A stretch of DNA of 17,871 nt from Promethearchaeota archaeon (GCA_019894975.1 JAGXNO010000059.1:1-17871), one strand, 5' to 3'; counted from the stretch's first letter, positions 6,339 through 14,564 are shown. Program-made: numbers and translations. Notes: generated from the letters alone by a model not told the origin.

Positions 6339-8807
6339 TTATAATTTTTCCATGAAATCAAACAAATCTGCAGTCTTTGGATATTTTTTTGCTAACTGTT
6401 CCCCCTGTTTTTTCTCAATTGGAGTGGAACTTTGAGTCATCCAAAAAGTTTCAAGACGTTTAAAGAGATTTACGGGTTGTTCAATTTCCCAATCATCTGG
6501 TAGAACGCTATTATAATAACGCGTGCTAAATCGATGCCCAATTAACATAACAAACCCACGATCAGTAGTTGTGCGAAAAATACGTCCCGCAGCCTGAATC
6601 ACTTTCATCATTCCAGGATTCCGATAAGCATATTCAAATCCTTTTTTCCACTTGAATTCAAAATACTTTTTCATTAACTCTTGCTCCATTGAGAATGAGG
6701 GTAGTCCTGGTCCAATTATAAAAGCCCCAATTGCCATATCTCCTATAAAATCAACTCCTTCGCTAAAAATTCCCCCGTGTACTGCCAGTAAAAGATAATT
6801 TTTATCAGAATTTTTCATTTTTTTTAAATATGTTCTACGTTTGCTTTCACTCATTTTACGTTCTTGCACTATGAGTTCAATTGAGAGAGGTTTAGTTTCG
6901 ATTTCACGTTGTACAGCTTTAAGATAAGCAAATGAAGGGAAAAACGCTAAATAATTACCTCTTCTTATATTCACTGCATTACAAATTGTTCTAGCGATTT
7001 GATCATAAGATTCCTGACGGTCATCATATCTTGTAGAATAATTGGGCAAAAGTAGATATAATCGATTTTGTTGGGAAAACGGGGAGTTAAATTGTATTTT
7101 ATTAGCTGAGGTGGGAAATCCAACCATTTTTTGGAAATACTCCATTGGGAATAGTGTTGCTGATTGTATGATTACTGAATGAAATCCCTTAATTTGTTTT
7201 TCGAGTTTTGGTGCTGCTGATTTGCATAATAGTTTGATTTTTCCTTCTTTTATATAAAGTAATTCACTATACTCCGGAGAATCACTTTCTTTTAAGATTG
7301 TGGAGAACTGACGTAAGTTTAACGCAAATTCTATGACTTTATTCTTCCCTCCAGGTTGAAATCCTTGTTGTGAAGTAAATGATTTAACATAAGAGATAAT
7401 AAATTGATCACAATTTTTCGTCATTTCTCGGAAAAATTTCTTATCAAATTTTACTAAAACTGGTTTTTTAATTCCCGCCTCGGGATATTGGTTGATTAAA
7501 TCCATGATATAGTGTGTAAGTTGATCGTAAATGGTAAGACCATTCTTCTCAATAGATTTTGGTATATGTAATGATTGTAAGTATTGAGTAGTATCAGTGA
7601 GAGACTTCAGGGTTATTTCTGGAGAATAATAGGTCATCGCTCGGAAGGGAAGATTGTGAGCCTCATCCACAATCAATATGATATCATTATAAGGTTGGTC
7701 AAAAAATCGTTTGAGTTTAATAAATGGATGAAATACATAATTATAATCCCCCACGATTACATCACAATGGAGTGAACAATCCAGAGAAATTTCAAAGGGG
7801 CAGACAGTATGAGTTTTTGCTATTTTACGAATATATCGAGCATCAATAACCTGCTTAGTGAGAATTTCGGAAACGATCTTATCTATTGATACTTTCTCAT
7901 AATTATTGAGGTATGGACATACTGATTTCTCACAGATAAACGCACTATTTATACACATTTTTTCCTTTGCGGTGAGTATAATCGAATTAAATTTCGCTTT
8001 CTTTTTAGAAAATATTCGTAAGGTCTCCCGATAGATATGCTGTTGAGTGGTTTTAGAAGTAATAACGAAAACTCGCTTATTTTTCTTTAAAGCATATTCT
8101 AGGGCAGGATATAAAGTTCCAACGGTCTTCCCTAATCCTGACGGAGCCAAGACCATTAACCGTTCTCGTTTTTGAATGGATTGGAAAGTCATTTGAACGA
8201 TCTCTTGTTGATGAGGACGGTATTTCTCAAAGGGGAATACTAATGTTTTTGCTCGATTTCTTTGCTCTGCTTTCAATTTTTGTTCTCGTTCCCAAGAGGT
8301 TAAAATAATCCCACATTGTTTTTCAATATAAGCAGAGAGATCTTGAGGTGGAACATCGATAATTTTGGATTTTTCGGTATAGATATCAATTAGTACGAGC
8401 CGACACTGAATGGTTTTCTGTAATTGGAGAAAATAGTGCCCATACAGCAACAACTGCAAACGATACTCTTCAGCACTTTGAGATTCAAGTGAAAAATCTT
8501 CAAGATTAGAAATTGACTTAATTTCTTCTATAATTAAGGTTCCTTTCTTCTCATAGATGATATCAGCACGTCCCGAAATGATAAAACTCCACCCTCGAAC
8601 TTCTGTTTGAAGTTTTACCAGGACCTCGCGTTGAAAGGATTTTTCGGTTTTCTTTCGACTTTCTTGGAATGTTTGATGTACTTCAGTTCCTTTTGAGCCT
8701 CGAATACGTAATGGTATCGCAGAAGTATAGGATCTTCTATCAGATGAGGCGACAACAACATCTTTTACTGAAACGTGAAACTCCTTTTGCTCCTGAAGAA
8801 TTTTCAA
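6339..8807 (-). CDS. Fusion of an N-terminal RecB-like PD-(D/E)XK nuclease and an Fe-S XPD/Rad3/DinG-family SF2 DNA helicase
   Basis: 822 aa, TTG start. Nuclease motifs: GTEVH, E, GRAD, EEIK, QLLLY. Helicase motifs: Q-motif YRPHQ, Walker A APSGLGKT, Fe-S cysteines CINSAFICEKSVC...CPFE, DYNY, DEAH, SAT, FFPSF, SEGVDF, QAAGRIFR. Confidence 0.93.
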   Translation of the reverse strand: MKILQEQKEFHVSVKDVVVASSDRRSYTSAIPLRIRGSKGTEVHQTFQESRKKTEKSFQREVLVKLQTEVRGWSFIISGRADIIYEKKGTLIIEEIKSISNLEDFSLESQSAEEYRLQLLLYGHYFLQLQKTIQCRLVLIDIYTEKSKIIDVPPQDLSAYIEKQCGIILTSWEREQKLKAEQRNRAKTLVFPFEKYRPHQQEIVQMTFQSIQKRERLMVLAPSGLGKTVGTLYPALEYALKKNKRVFVITSKTTQQHIYRETLRIFSKKKAKFNSIILTAKEKMCINSAFICEKSVCPYLNNYEKVSIDKIVSEILTKQVIDARYIRKIAKTHTVCPFEISLDCSLHCDVIVGDYNYVFHPFIKLKRFFDQPYNDIILIVDEAHNLPFRAMTYYSPEITLKSLTDTTQYLQSLHIPKSIEKNGLTIYDQLTHYIMDLINQYPEAGIKKPVLVKFDKKFFREMTKNCDQFIISYVKSFTSQQGFQPGGKNKVIEFALNLRQFSTILKESDSPEYSELLYIKEGKIKLLCKSAAPKLEKQIKGFHSVIIQSATLFPMEYFQKMVGFPTSANKIQFNSPFSQQNRLYLLLPNYSTRYDDRQESYDQIARTICNAVNIRRGNYLAFFPSFAYLKAVQREIETKPLSIELIVQERKMSESKRRTYLKKMKNSDKNYLLLAVHGGIFSEGVDFIGDMAIGAFIIGPGLPSFSMEQELMKKYFEFKWKKGFEYAYRNPGMMKVIQAAGRIFRTTTDRGFVMLIGHRFSTRYYNSVLPDDWEIEQPVNLFKRLETFWMTQSSTPIEKKQGEQLAKKYPKTADLFDFMEKL

Positions 8808-8989
8808 TTTTATTGATCACTTGCACAACTAAACTTATCTCTTGTATTAAAAAACAACCCCTTAATGATATTTTAAATTATTAAAGAGAAATTATGAACA
8901 CTGGATTTTTGATAATTGAATAATATTTTAAATAGTGCGATGTCAAATATATTAATAATCCAATTAATCGTGAAAATCTGTGAGATAAT

Positions 8990-10366
8990 TTGAAATCTAA
9001 ACCAATTAGAATAAGTTTTATGCTGGTTTTCCTGTTCATCTTGATAAATGCTAACCCTAACCATTTAATAAATGAGGTAAAGAACAACGATCTAAATTTA
9101 AAGAGTTTCAAAATTGCACTTCAAACATCAGAAGTAGGAGAAGATGTAAATGTTACACTACACCAATCTTATTTAAGCACTGCTACTATTGAACTTGTTA
9201 ACTTCACTGAATCAAATACCGTTATTTTACCATGTCCAACTGAAGTTACCTTTAATTCAAGTTATACTGAATTTTTAATAGAAGATATTTATGCTCCAAA
9301 TAAGACTTTGATAATTGAAGATGAGGAAATTCAAGTTAATAAACATGAGTTGTTAATATTTCCACGATATGCATCATTTCAAGTCAAAGGAAGTTGTTAT
9401 CTTGAAAATGTCTCAGTATTGATAAGTGAAGATTCAACAGGAGATCAAGATTTCTTTTTAGATGTGTATAACGCTACGCTCTCAGATGGTTATGTTAAAT
9501 ATAACACATCTATTGCTCCAACATCAAAGACTTTATACAATATTAACCATTCAACCATGGGTTGGGAAGACATTACAAATTGGCATTTTCAACTCAATAT
9601 AGAAAATACCTATAATAATACTTTCTTCATAAAAGTTTGGTGCCAATCTAGCCAGCAAGGATATTGGCACTATGGAAGTAATGGAGTCTACGATAGTGTC
9701 ATTTGGAGAGATTTTGGTTCCTTCCCAGAACTCACTTCTAATGATCTGGGCTTAAAACTGGATTTTATAATTTTAGATAATACGCCTACTCCCTCAGAAA
9801 TTAATTTAAGAATAAACAATACTATCGTAAATGATAATGATGATGAAAATCAGGGATCTTGGGTAAGTACCAAAAAATATACAAATCCCAGTGGGAATAT
9901 AGAGTTTGAATTATCGGCAGACTGGTGGGATGTAGCTTGTAATATCACTAGGGCACAAGTTAATTACACCAAAACAGATTTGAAAGCAAATACCAATTAT
10001 GAGATTCCTGAACCCGATTTAGTTATCTGGAATGCTTCTATCAACGAAATTATTGATAGTTTCGATGCAAGAATTAATGTGTATAATTATATTCAATTTA
10101 CTATTTCATCAAATTGGTCTGCAATCAAAGCGTTCAATGGGAGCATTGAAATACTAGATATTTTCTCTGGACCAGCAATTAATAGCTATAGAGATGTTTC
10201 TATATTCGGTGCGGGAAACGGTGCAGATTGGTACCTAACAGCAGTTATAGATAATCGCATACCAGGTAACGGTGGAGAAGCTATTCCATTTGGGAATTAT
10301 TTCTTGCTTTTCACAACCGTAGCTATATTATCTTTGATCTATTTCATGAAAAGAAAAAAAGTTTAA
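8990..10366 (+). CDS. Putative cell-surface glycoprotein with a Loki-CTERM-like C-terminal anchor
   Basis: 458 aa, TTG start; basic-then-hydrophobic N-terminal signal, about 15 N-x-S/T sequons, and C-terminus GGEAIPFGNYFLLFTTVAILSLIYFMKRKKV (IP motif, TM helix, basic tail). Confidence 0.85.
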   Translation: MKSKPIRISFMLVFLFILINANPNHLINEVKNNDLNLKSFKIALQTSEVGEDVNVTLHQSYLSTATIELVNFTESNTVILPCPTEVTFNSSYTEFLIEDIYAPNKTLIIEDEEIQVNKHELLIFPRYASFQVKGSCYLENVSVLISEDSTGDQDFFLDVYNATLSDGYVKYNTSIAPTSKTLYNINHSTMGWEDITNWHFQLNIENTYNNTFFIKVWCQSSQQGYWHYGSNGVYDSVIWRDFGSFPELTSNDLGLKLDFIILDNTPTPSEINLRINNTIVNDNDDENQGSWVSTKKYTNPSGNIEFELSADWWDVACNITRAQVNYTKTDLKANTNYEIPEPDLVIWNASINEIIDSFDARINVYNYIQFTISSNWSAIKAFNGSIEILDIFSGPAINSYRDVSIFGAGNGADWYLTAVIDNRIPGNGGEAIPFGNYFLLFTTVAILSLIYFMKRKKV

Positions 10367-10385
10367 TTCACTTACAACTTAATCA

Positions 10386-10406
10386 TAAAAAAAAGAGGAA
10401 AAAGAG
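10386..10406 (-). terminator. Candidate pyrimidine/oligo-T terminator between convergent genes
   Basis: The minus strand reads as T-rich tracts (TCTTTTTCCTCTTTTTTTT) just downstream of the stop at 10423. Confidence 0.3.
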
Positions 10407-10422
10407 TTATTAATTCTTAATT

Positions 10423-11364
10423 TTAAGGAGTCCATGGAACTTCAAAGGAAATATTTAAATCTATAAAAATTCCCGCATATAACGTTGAAAAGGATATTTT
10501 AAATTCCAATGTAGCAGCCGAAGCATTTAGTGCTGCAAGAAAAGAATTATCAATATCCACAGTAATATTGTTATTTGGCTGTGAACTAAAGGAGTGAATT
10601 GTACCATAATCGCTGTTTAAGCTCTCCCCAATTTTGACACTAGGGTCAGCTGATGCATTATAGATATAAAAATTCATTGTAAGATCATAAATTGCATAAA
10701 TTCCTTGATTGTCTACATCAAACGTCATTGTAATATTAAAAGTGTCATCAGCAGTTGAAGGAGTTCCTTTCCAGTCATAATTAGGATAAAATGTATCATG
10801 AACGTCAAACCCAAGATTCATTCCACTATACACTAATGATCCAAAGTATCCTGCTATACCTAAACCCATTATAGTCCCAAAGATTTTAAACAGCATGCTG
10901 AGTTTAAATTGTTTTCTCATGTTTACATTGTATTCTTTCTTATTACGAAGTTCTAAGGCTTCAACTAAATACTGTAAGGCTCTGATTCCTGATGATGCTA
11001 ATAAGAGCCACGCAATTAGTTGTAAACCTAAAAGCACCTGTATCATTGGAAGGTCAATTCTATAAGTTCCTAAAGCGACACCAGGAGTGAATCCTCCAAA
11101 CATATAAAACAAGTAAATACCAGAGTAAATAACAGCCCCAAAAGCTACTAAACGATTTGCTGGAGTATCTTTGGGAAATAAGTGTCTTGCCATTGAAATG
11201 ACAACTCCAATAATTCCAAATATTATAATTGCAGTTTTAAATGCTGCACTAAACGTCATAATATTATATACCTGAAGAACTTCGAACAGAACTAATGGTA
11301 CTACGATGTAAAAGAGTGCACTGAGTGCCCCATACAATATCATTTTTCCTATTTGTACTTCCAT
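10423..11364 (-). CDS. Hypothetical membrane protein: about 5 TM plus a C-terminal extracytoplasmic beta-rich (LEA_2/WHy-like) domain
   Basis: 313 aa; four TM helices, a basic linker, a fifth TM, then a polar beta-strand-patterned domain (FNITMTFDVDNQGIYAIYDLTMNFYIYN) with sequons. The domain call is tentative. Confidence 0.8.
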   Translation of the reverse strand: MEVQIGKMILYGALSALFYIVVPLVLFEVLQVYNIMTFSAAFKTAIIIFGIIGVVISMARHLFPKDTPANRLVAFGAVIYSGIYLFYMFGGFTPGVALGTYRIDLPMIQVLLGLQLIAWLLLASSGIRALQYLVEALELRNKKEYNVNMRKQFKLSMLFKIFGTIMGLGIAGYFGSLVYSGMNLGFDVHDTFYPNYDWKGTPSTADDTFNITMTFDVDNQGIYAIYDLTMNFYIYNASADPSVKIGESLNSDYGTIHSFSSQPNNNITVDIDNSFLAALNASAATLEFKISFSTLYAGIFIDLNISFEVPWTP

Positions 11365-11487
11365 AATATCATACCAAATTTTTTTATTGAAATTAACTCA
11401 TTAATGGGGATTTACATATAAAACTCTTTTTATTAATATGTATTATCATATAACCCTATTGAGAATTTTATCAACAAAATCCCTTTC

Positions 11488-11670
11488 TTAAGATAATGCG
11501 TTAGTCCAATCTACATGAAGTGTACCATTTTTTGATACCTGATAGTTTCCTCCTCCAGCTTTATCCCAGAGAGACCATGGCCCGTATAATTAGTCTCCTA
11601 GCCTTAAGTAATCAGTTTACAACAACATAATTATGCTACTTTCCCATAGGTAGTTATAATGGGTGTTATT
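11488..11670 (-). pseudogene. Possible decayed gene fragment
   Basis: One minus-strand frame reads NNTHYNYLWESSIIMLL*TDYLRLGD*LYGPWSLWDKAGGGNYQVSKNGTLHVDWTNALS*. It is protein-like, has two internal TAA stops, and is more GC-rich than the flanking intergenic DNA. Confidence 0.3.
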
Positions 11671-11765
11671 AATAGAAAACTCCTAAGTAAAAAAATTTAT
11701 ATCTCATATAGGTTATAGTTAACATGGTATAAGATACAAAATTATTTTGGCGATTAGGATATTGA

Positions 11766-12260
11766 ATGAGAAAAAAGACGCATAGGAATGAAGAGATTGT
11801 ATATGAAGAATGGGTTCCCGCTGGTGGAGTTGTAAGAAGTGTAATGCTAATTGTATTTATATTGATAATTTCCATCGTTATTATAGTTATAACTTTCATG
11901 CCCGAAGATTTGATGTTTATTGGCATAATATTTGGCGCTGTGAGTCTTTTTATATTGCTTTTATATAGGAATTTCAGAGGACTCAGGATTTTCATTACCA
12001 GACATCAGATTGAGGTAGATTATGGGATATTCAACCACAAAAAAATCCCAGTACAAAAAATAACTGGATGTGAAGAAACAAAAACCAACTTTAGAAGATA
12101 TGGAGGAATAGGGATTCGATTGGGTTGGGATGGTTCATGGGCTTATAGCACAGATTTCGGAGAAGCAGTAAAAATAATCTTGCTAGAGGGTAGACCATTT
12201 GTTTTTTCTACGAGAAATTCGCAAAAAATATGCAAACTAATAAACGAATTTACAAATTAA
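11766..12260 (+). CDS. Membrane-anchored protein with a probable bacterial PH-like domain (DUF6141/DUF3093-like)
   Basis: 164 aa; two N-terminal TM helices, then a soluble domain with KIPVQKI, YGGIGIR, AVKIIL and FVFSTRNSQKI, a pattern recognised from bPH-clan membrane proteins. Confidence 0.75.
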   Translation: MRKKTHRNEEIVYEEWVPAGGVVRSVMLIVFILIISIVIIVITFMPEDLMFIGIIFGAVSLFILLLYRNFRGLRIFITRHQIEVDYGIFNHKKIPVQKITGCEETKTNFRRYGGIGIRLGWDGSWAYSTDFGEAVKIILLEGRPFVFSTRNSQKICKLINEFTN

Positions 12261-12317
12261 AAATTTGATCCCTTCATTTATATTTTTTATAATCTGAAGT
12301 TTATTTGGTGGTATAGC

Positions 12318-12971
12318 ATGGTTCAAATCACAGAAAATGGTAAAGTATATATAAAGATCCTCTATTGGGGGATGGCGGCATCAGGAAAAACAACAATTGT
12401 GGATTCGCTTTACAGATTAACAAATGAAAGCGAAAAAGACATGTTACCTTCTGGGAACCTGACTAAAATTTCAATGGCAAGCGGAGCTACGTTATATTTT
12501 GATAGAGGTACATTCATACCAAAAAACCAGGAAAAACAAGGAAAAATATTTTATCATGTATACACGGTGGCGGGTCAAAAACGATTTTCTCCTTTAAGAA
12601 CGAAGATTTTTACAGGAACAGATGGAGTGATCTTCACTGTCGACTCTCAAACCCGTTTTTTCGAAGATAATACCGAATCCTTGAAAGAGTTGAAAAGTGT
12701 AGCAAAAGGGGCATTAATAAAAGAAATTCCTCTAATAATCATGTTAAATAAGCAAGATCTTAAAGAAGTTATTGGAATCGAAGATTTTAAGCAGGTCTTA
12801 ATAAACGAAAAACTCTGGTATCCCCCCAATCATGAATTATATCTTAAGAATCCCATTATTTATAAAACCTGTGCATTGTATGACCAAAGGATGAATCTTT
12901 ATCGTAGCTTTTCTGAATGTGTTAGAAGAATTGGAGCTCATCGAAATAAAACGGGTACAACACTATCTTAA
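12318..12971 (+). CDS. MglA-like small GTPase (Arf/Ras superfamily)
   Basis: 217 aa; KILYWGMAASGKTT (G1), ATLYFD (G2; MglA has RTLFFD), YTVAGQ (G3; MglA has YTVPGQ), DGVIFTVDSQ, NKQD (G4), TCA (G5). SD-like GGTGGT upstream. Confidence 0.9.
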   Translation: MVQITENGKVYIKILYWGMAASGKTTIVDSLYRLTNESEKDMLPSGNLTKISMASGATLYFDRGTFIPKNQEKQGKIFYHVYTVAGQKRFSPLRTKIFTGTDGVIFTVDSQTRFFEDNTESLKELKSVAKGALIKEIPLIIMLNKQDLKEVIGIEDFKQVLINEKLWYPPNHELYLKNPIIYKTCALYDQRMNLYRSFSECVRRIGAHRNKTGTTLS

Positions 12972-12975
12972 AAAT

Positions 12976-13815
12976 TCAGCTTTTTAAAAATTCTAATATA
13001 TCCTTTTGAAGTTGCTTCCGGTTTGCCATACTCAGATTATGTCCATAATCTTTATAGAGTATTAATTTGGCATTCGGGATACTTTCAGCAGTTTCGCGAA
13101 CAAGATCAGCAGTATACTCAATATCTGATTCTCCACTCAGTACTAAGGTTGGTGCCTGAATCTCTTTTAATCTGTCCTTAAAATTCATTTCGATATCACC
13201 TCGAATTTCTGTTAAGAGGTCATTTGGATATTCTATCTTCCCCATAACCATTTTTCCGAATATTCGAGTTAAAAACTTAGCAATACTTCTCGCAATTCTT
13301 GAAGACCAAATCAAATCTAACATTGTTGCGAAAGCTTTTCCATACTTTTCTTGTTTAAAGTACTCCGCTACTTGGTTTTCGATTTCTGCCCCTTTTTCAC
13401 TTACTCGATATGCCGTCGAAATGATTATCAGCTTTTGAACAATATCGGGATGATTAGCAGCTAAATATTGAGCGATTTGGCCTCCTGTGGACACACCCAT
13501 TATAATAACAGGTTCTTTAAATTCCCGACGTATCATTTTCGCATAGTCATCTGCCATATCCTCAAATGTATAACTCTCTGGTACATTCTGTTTACGTCCT
13601 ACAAGGTATACAGTATATTCATCTGTAAATGCTTGAGCAAATTTAATGAACAATCTTAACGCAATTCCTGAAGACGGTTCATTTTTAAATGATAATGCTT
13701 CTAAATTGAATAAAATGTTGGGATGATTACCAATTCGAGCATAAGGAAGCCCATCTACAGAAAAACCAGTATCGACGTTGTATTTATTCTTGACTTTTTT
13801 ATCTTTTTCCTTCAT
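12976..13815 (-). CDS. Alpha/beta fold hydrolase
   Basis: 279 aa; nucleophile elbow GVSTGG, acid in PTLVLSGESD, catalytic His in YGHN. Confidence 0.93.
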   Translation of the reverse strand: MKEKDKKVKNKYNVDTGFSVDGLPYARIGNHPNILFNLEALSFKNEPSSGIALRLFIKFAQAFTDEYTVYLVGRKQNVPESYTFEDMADDYAKMIRREFKEPVIIMGVSTGGQIAQYLAANHPDIVQKLIIISTAYRVSEKGAEIENQVAEYFKQEKYGKAFATMLDLIWSSRIARSIAKFLTRIFGKMVMGKIEYPNDLLTEIRGDIEMNFKDRLKEIQAPTLVLSGESDIEYTADLVRETAESIPNAKLILYKDYGHNLSMANRKQLQKDILEFLKS

Positions 13816-14022
13816 TACTTTATCTGTATTACCAAGAAAAATTATTAATTAGGATATCCATCAAAAATCAATTAAATAAATCTATTTAGTTTTTTTTTAA
13901 AAAGCTCAAGATAATTCAATATTCTTAATAGAAACTAATTTTTGACATTTTTCACTTTTGATTAAATATAAAAAGAAAATGAATGATTATAGATGTAAGG
14001 AAAAAACTAATGTTCGTTTGAT

Positions 14023-14550
14023 ATGGAGACTCATAAAGTAATAATTGTCGGTCCTAGTGCGGTTGGAAAAACGAGTTTGCTAAACCGATTTGTACATGAC
14101 GAATTTGTTTTAAGATATAAAATGACTATAGGGGTCGACTTTTTAACTAAGATTATTGAATATCAACCATCAAAATCTGTCAAGCTCCATATTTGGGATA
14201 TTGGAGGCCAAGAAAGATTTAAATTTTTACATCGTAGCTTCTATGACGGTGCAGCAGGGGCATTGATTTTGTTTGATCTTTCAAGACAACATACGTTTTC
14301 AAGTATGAAAACTTGGCTTTCAGAAATGCGTAATATAATGGATAAAGAAATACCTAAAGTTATAATTGGGAATAAAATTGATTTAATTCCTGAAATTGGG
14401 CGAATTATTGAGAAATCTGAGGTTGAAAATTACGCAAAAAGTGAAAATTGTTTTTACATGGAAACATCAGCTAAAACAGGTGAAAATGTCGAAAAAGCTT
14501 TCTTAGAACTTACACAATGCATGTTAGGTAATGGAAAAACAAAAATCTGA
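14023..14550 (+). CDS. Rab-like small GTPase (eukaryotic signature protein)
   Basis: 175 aa; G1 GPSAVGKTS, G2 YKMTIGVDF, G3 WDIGGQE, G4 GNKID, G5 ETSAK; RabF-like motifs IGVDF, KLHIW, RFKFL, FYDGA and LFDLS. Confidence 0.95.
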   Translation: METHKVIIVGPSAVGKTSLLNRFVHDEFVLRYKMTIGVDFLTKIIEYQPSKSVKLHIWDIGGQERFKFLHRSFYDGAAGALILFDLSRQHTFSSMKTWLSEMRNIMDKEIPKVIIGNKIDLIPEIGRIIEKSEVENYAKSENCFYMETSAKTGENVEKAFLELTQCMLGNGKTKI

Positions 14551-14564
14551 TTAAGATTTCTTTT

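Noticed and set aside
8270-8807. Calling the helicase N-terminal domain Cas4, or the locus a CRISPR-Cas type IV (CasDinG) system
   Set aside because: The domain lacks the Cas4 cysteine staple (one N-terminal Cys plus C-terminal CxxC...C), and no cas genes or repeat-spacer array are in the window.
13816-14022. Specific TATA/BRE promoter calls in this and other long AT-rich intergenic regions (also 4238-4430 and 15858-16038)
   Set aside because: Many TATA-like words occur by chance at this AT content, and none can be singled out without transcription start data.
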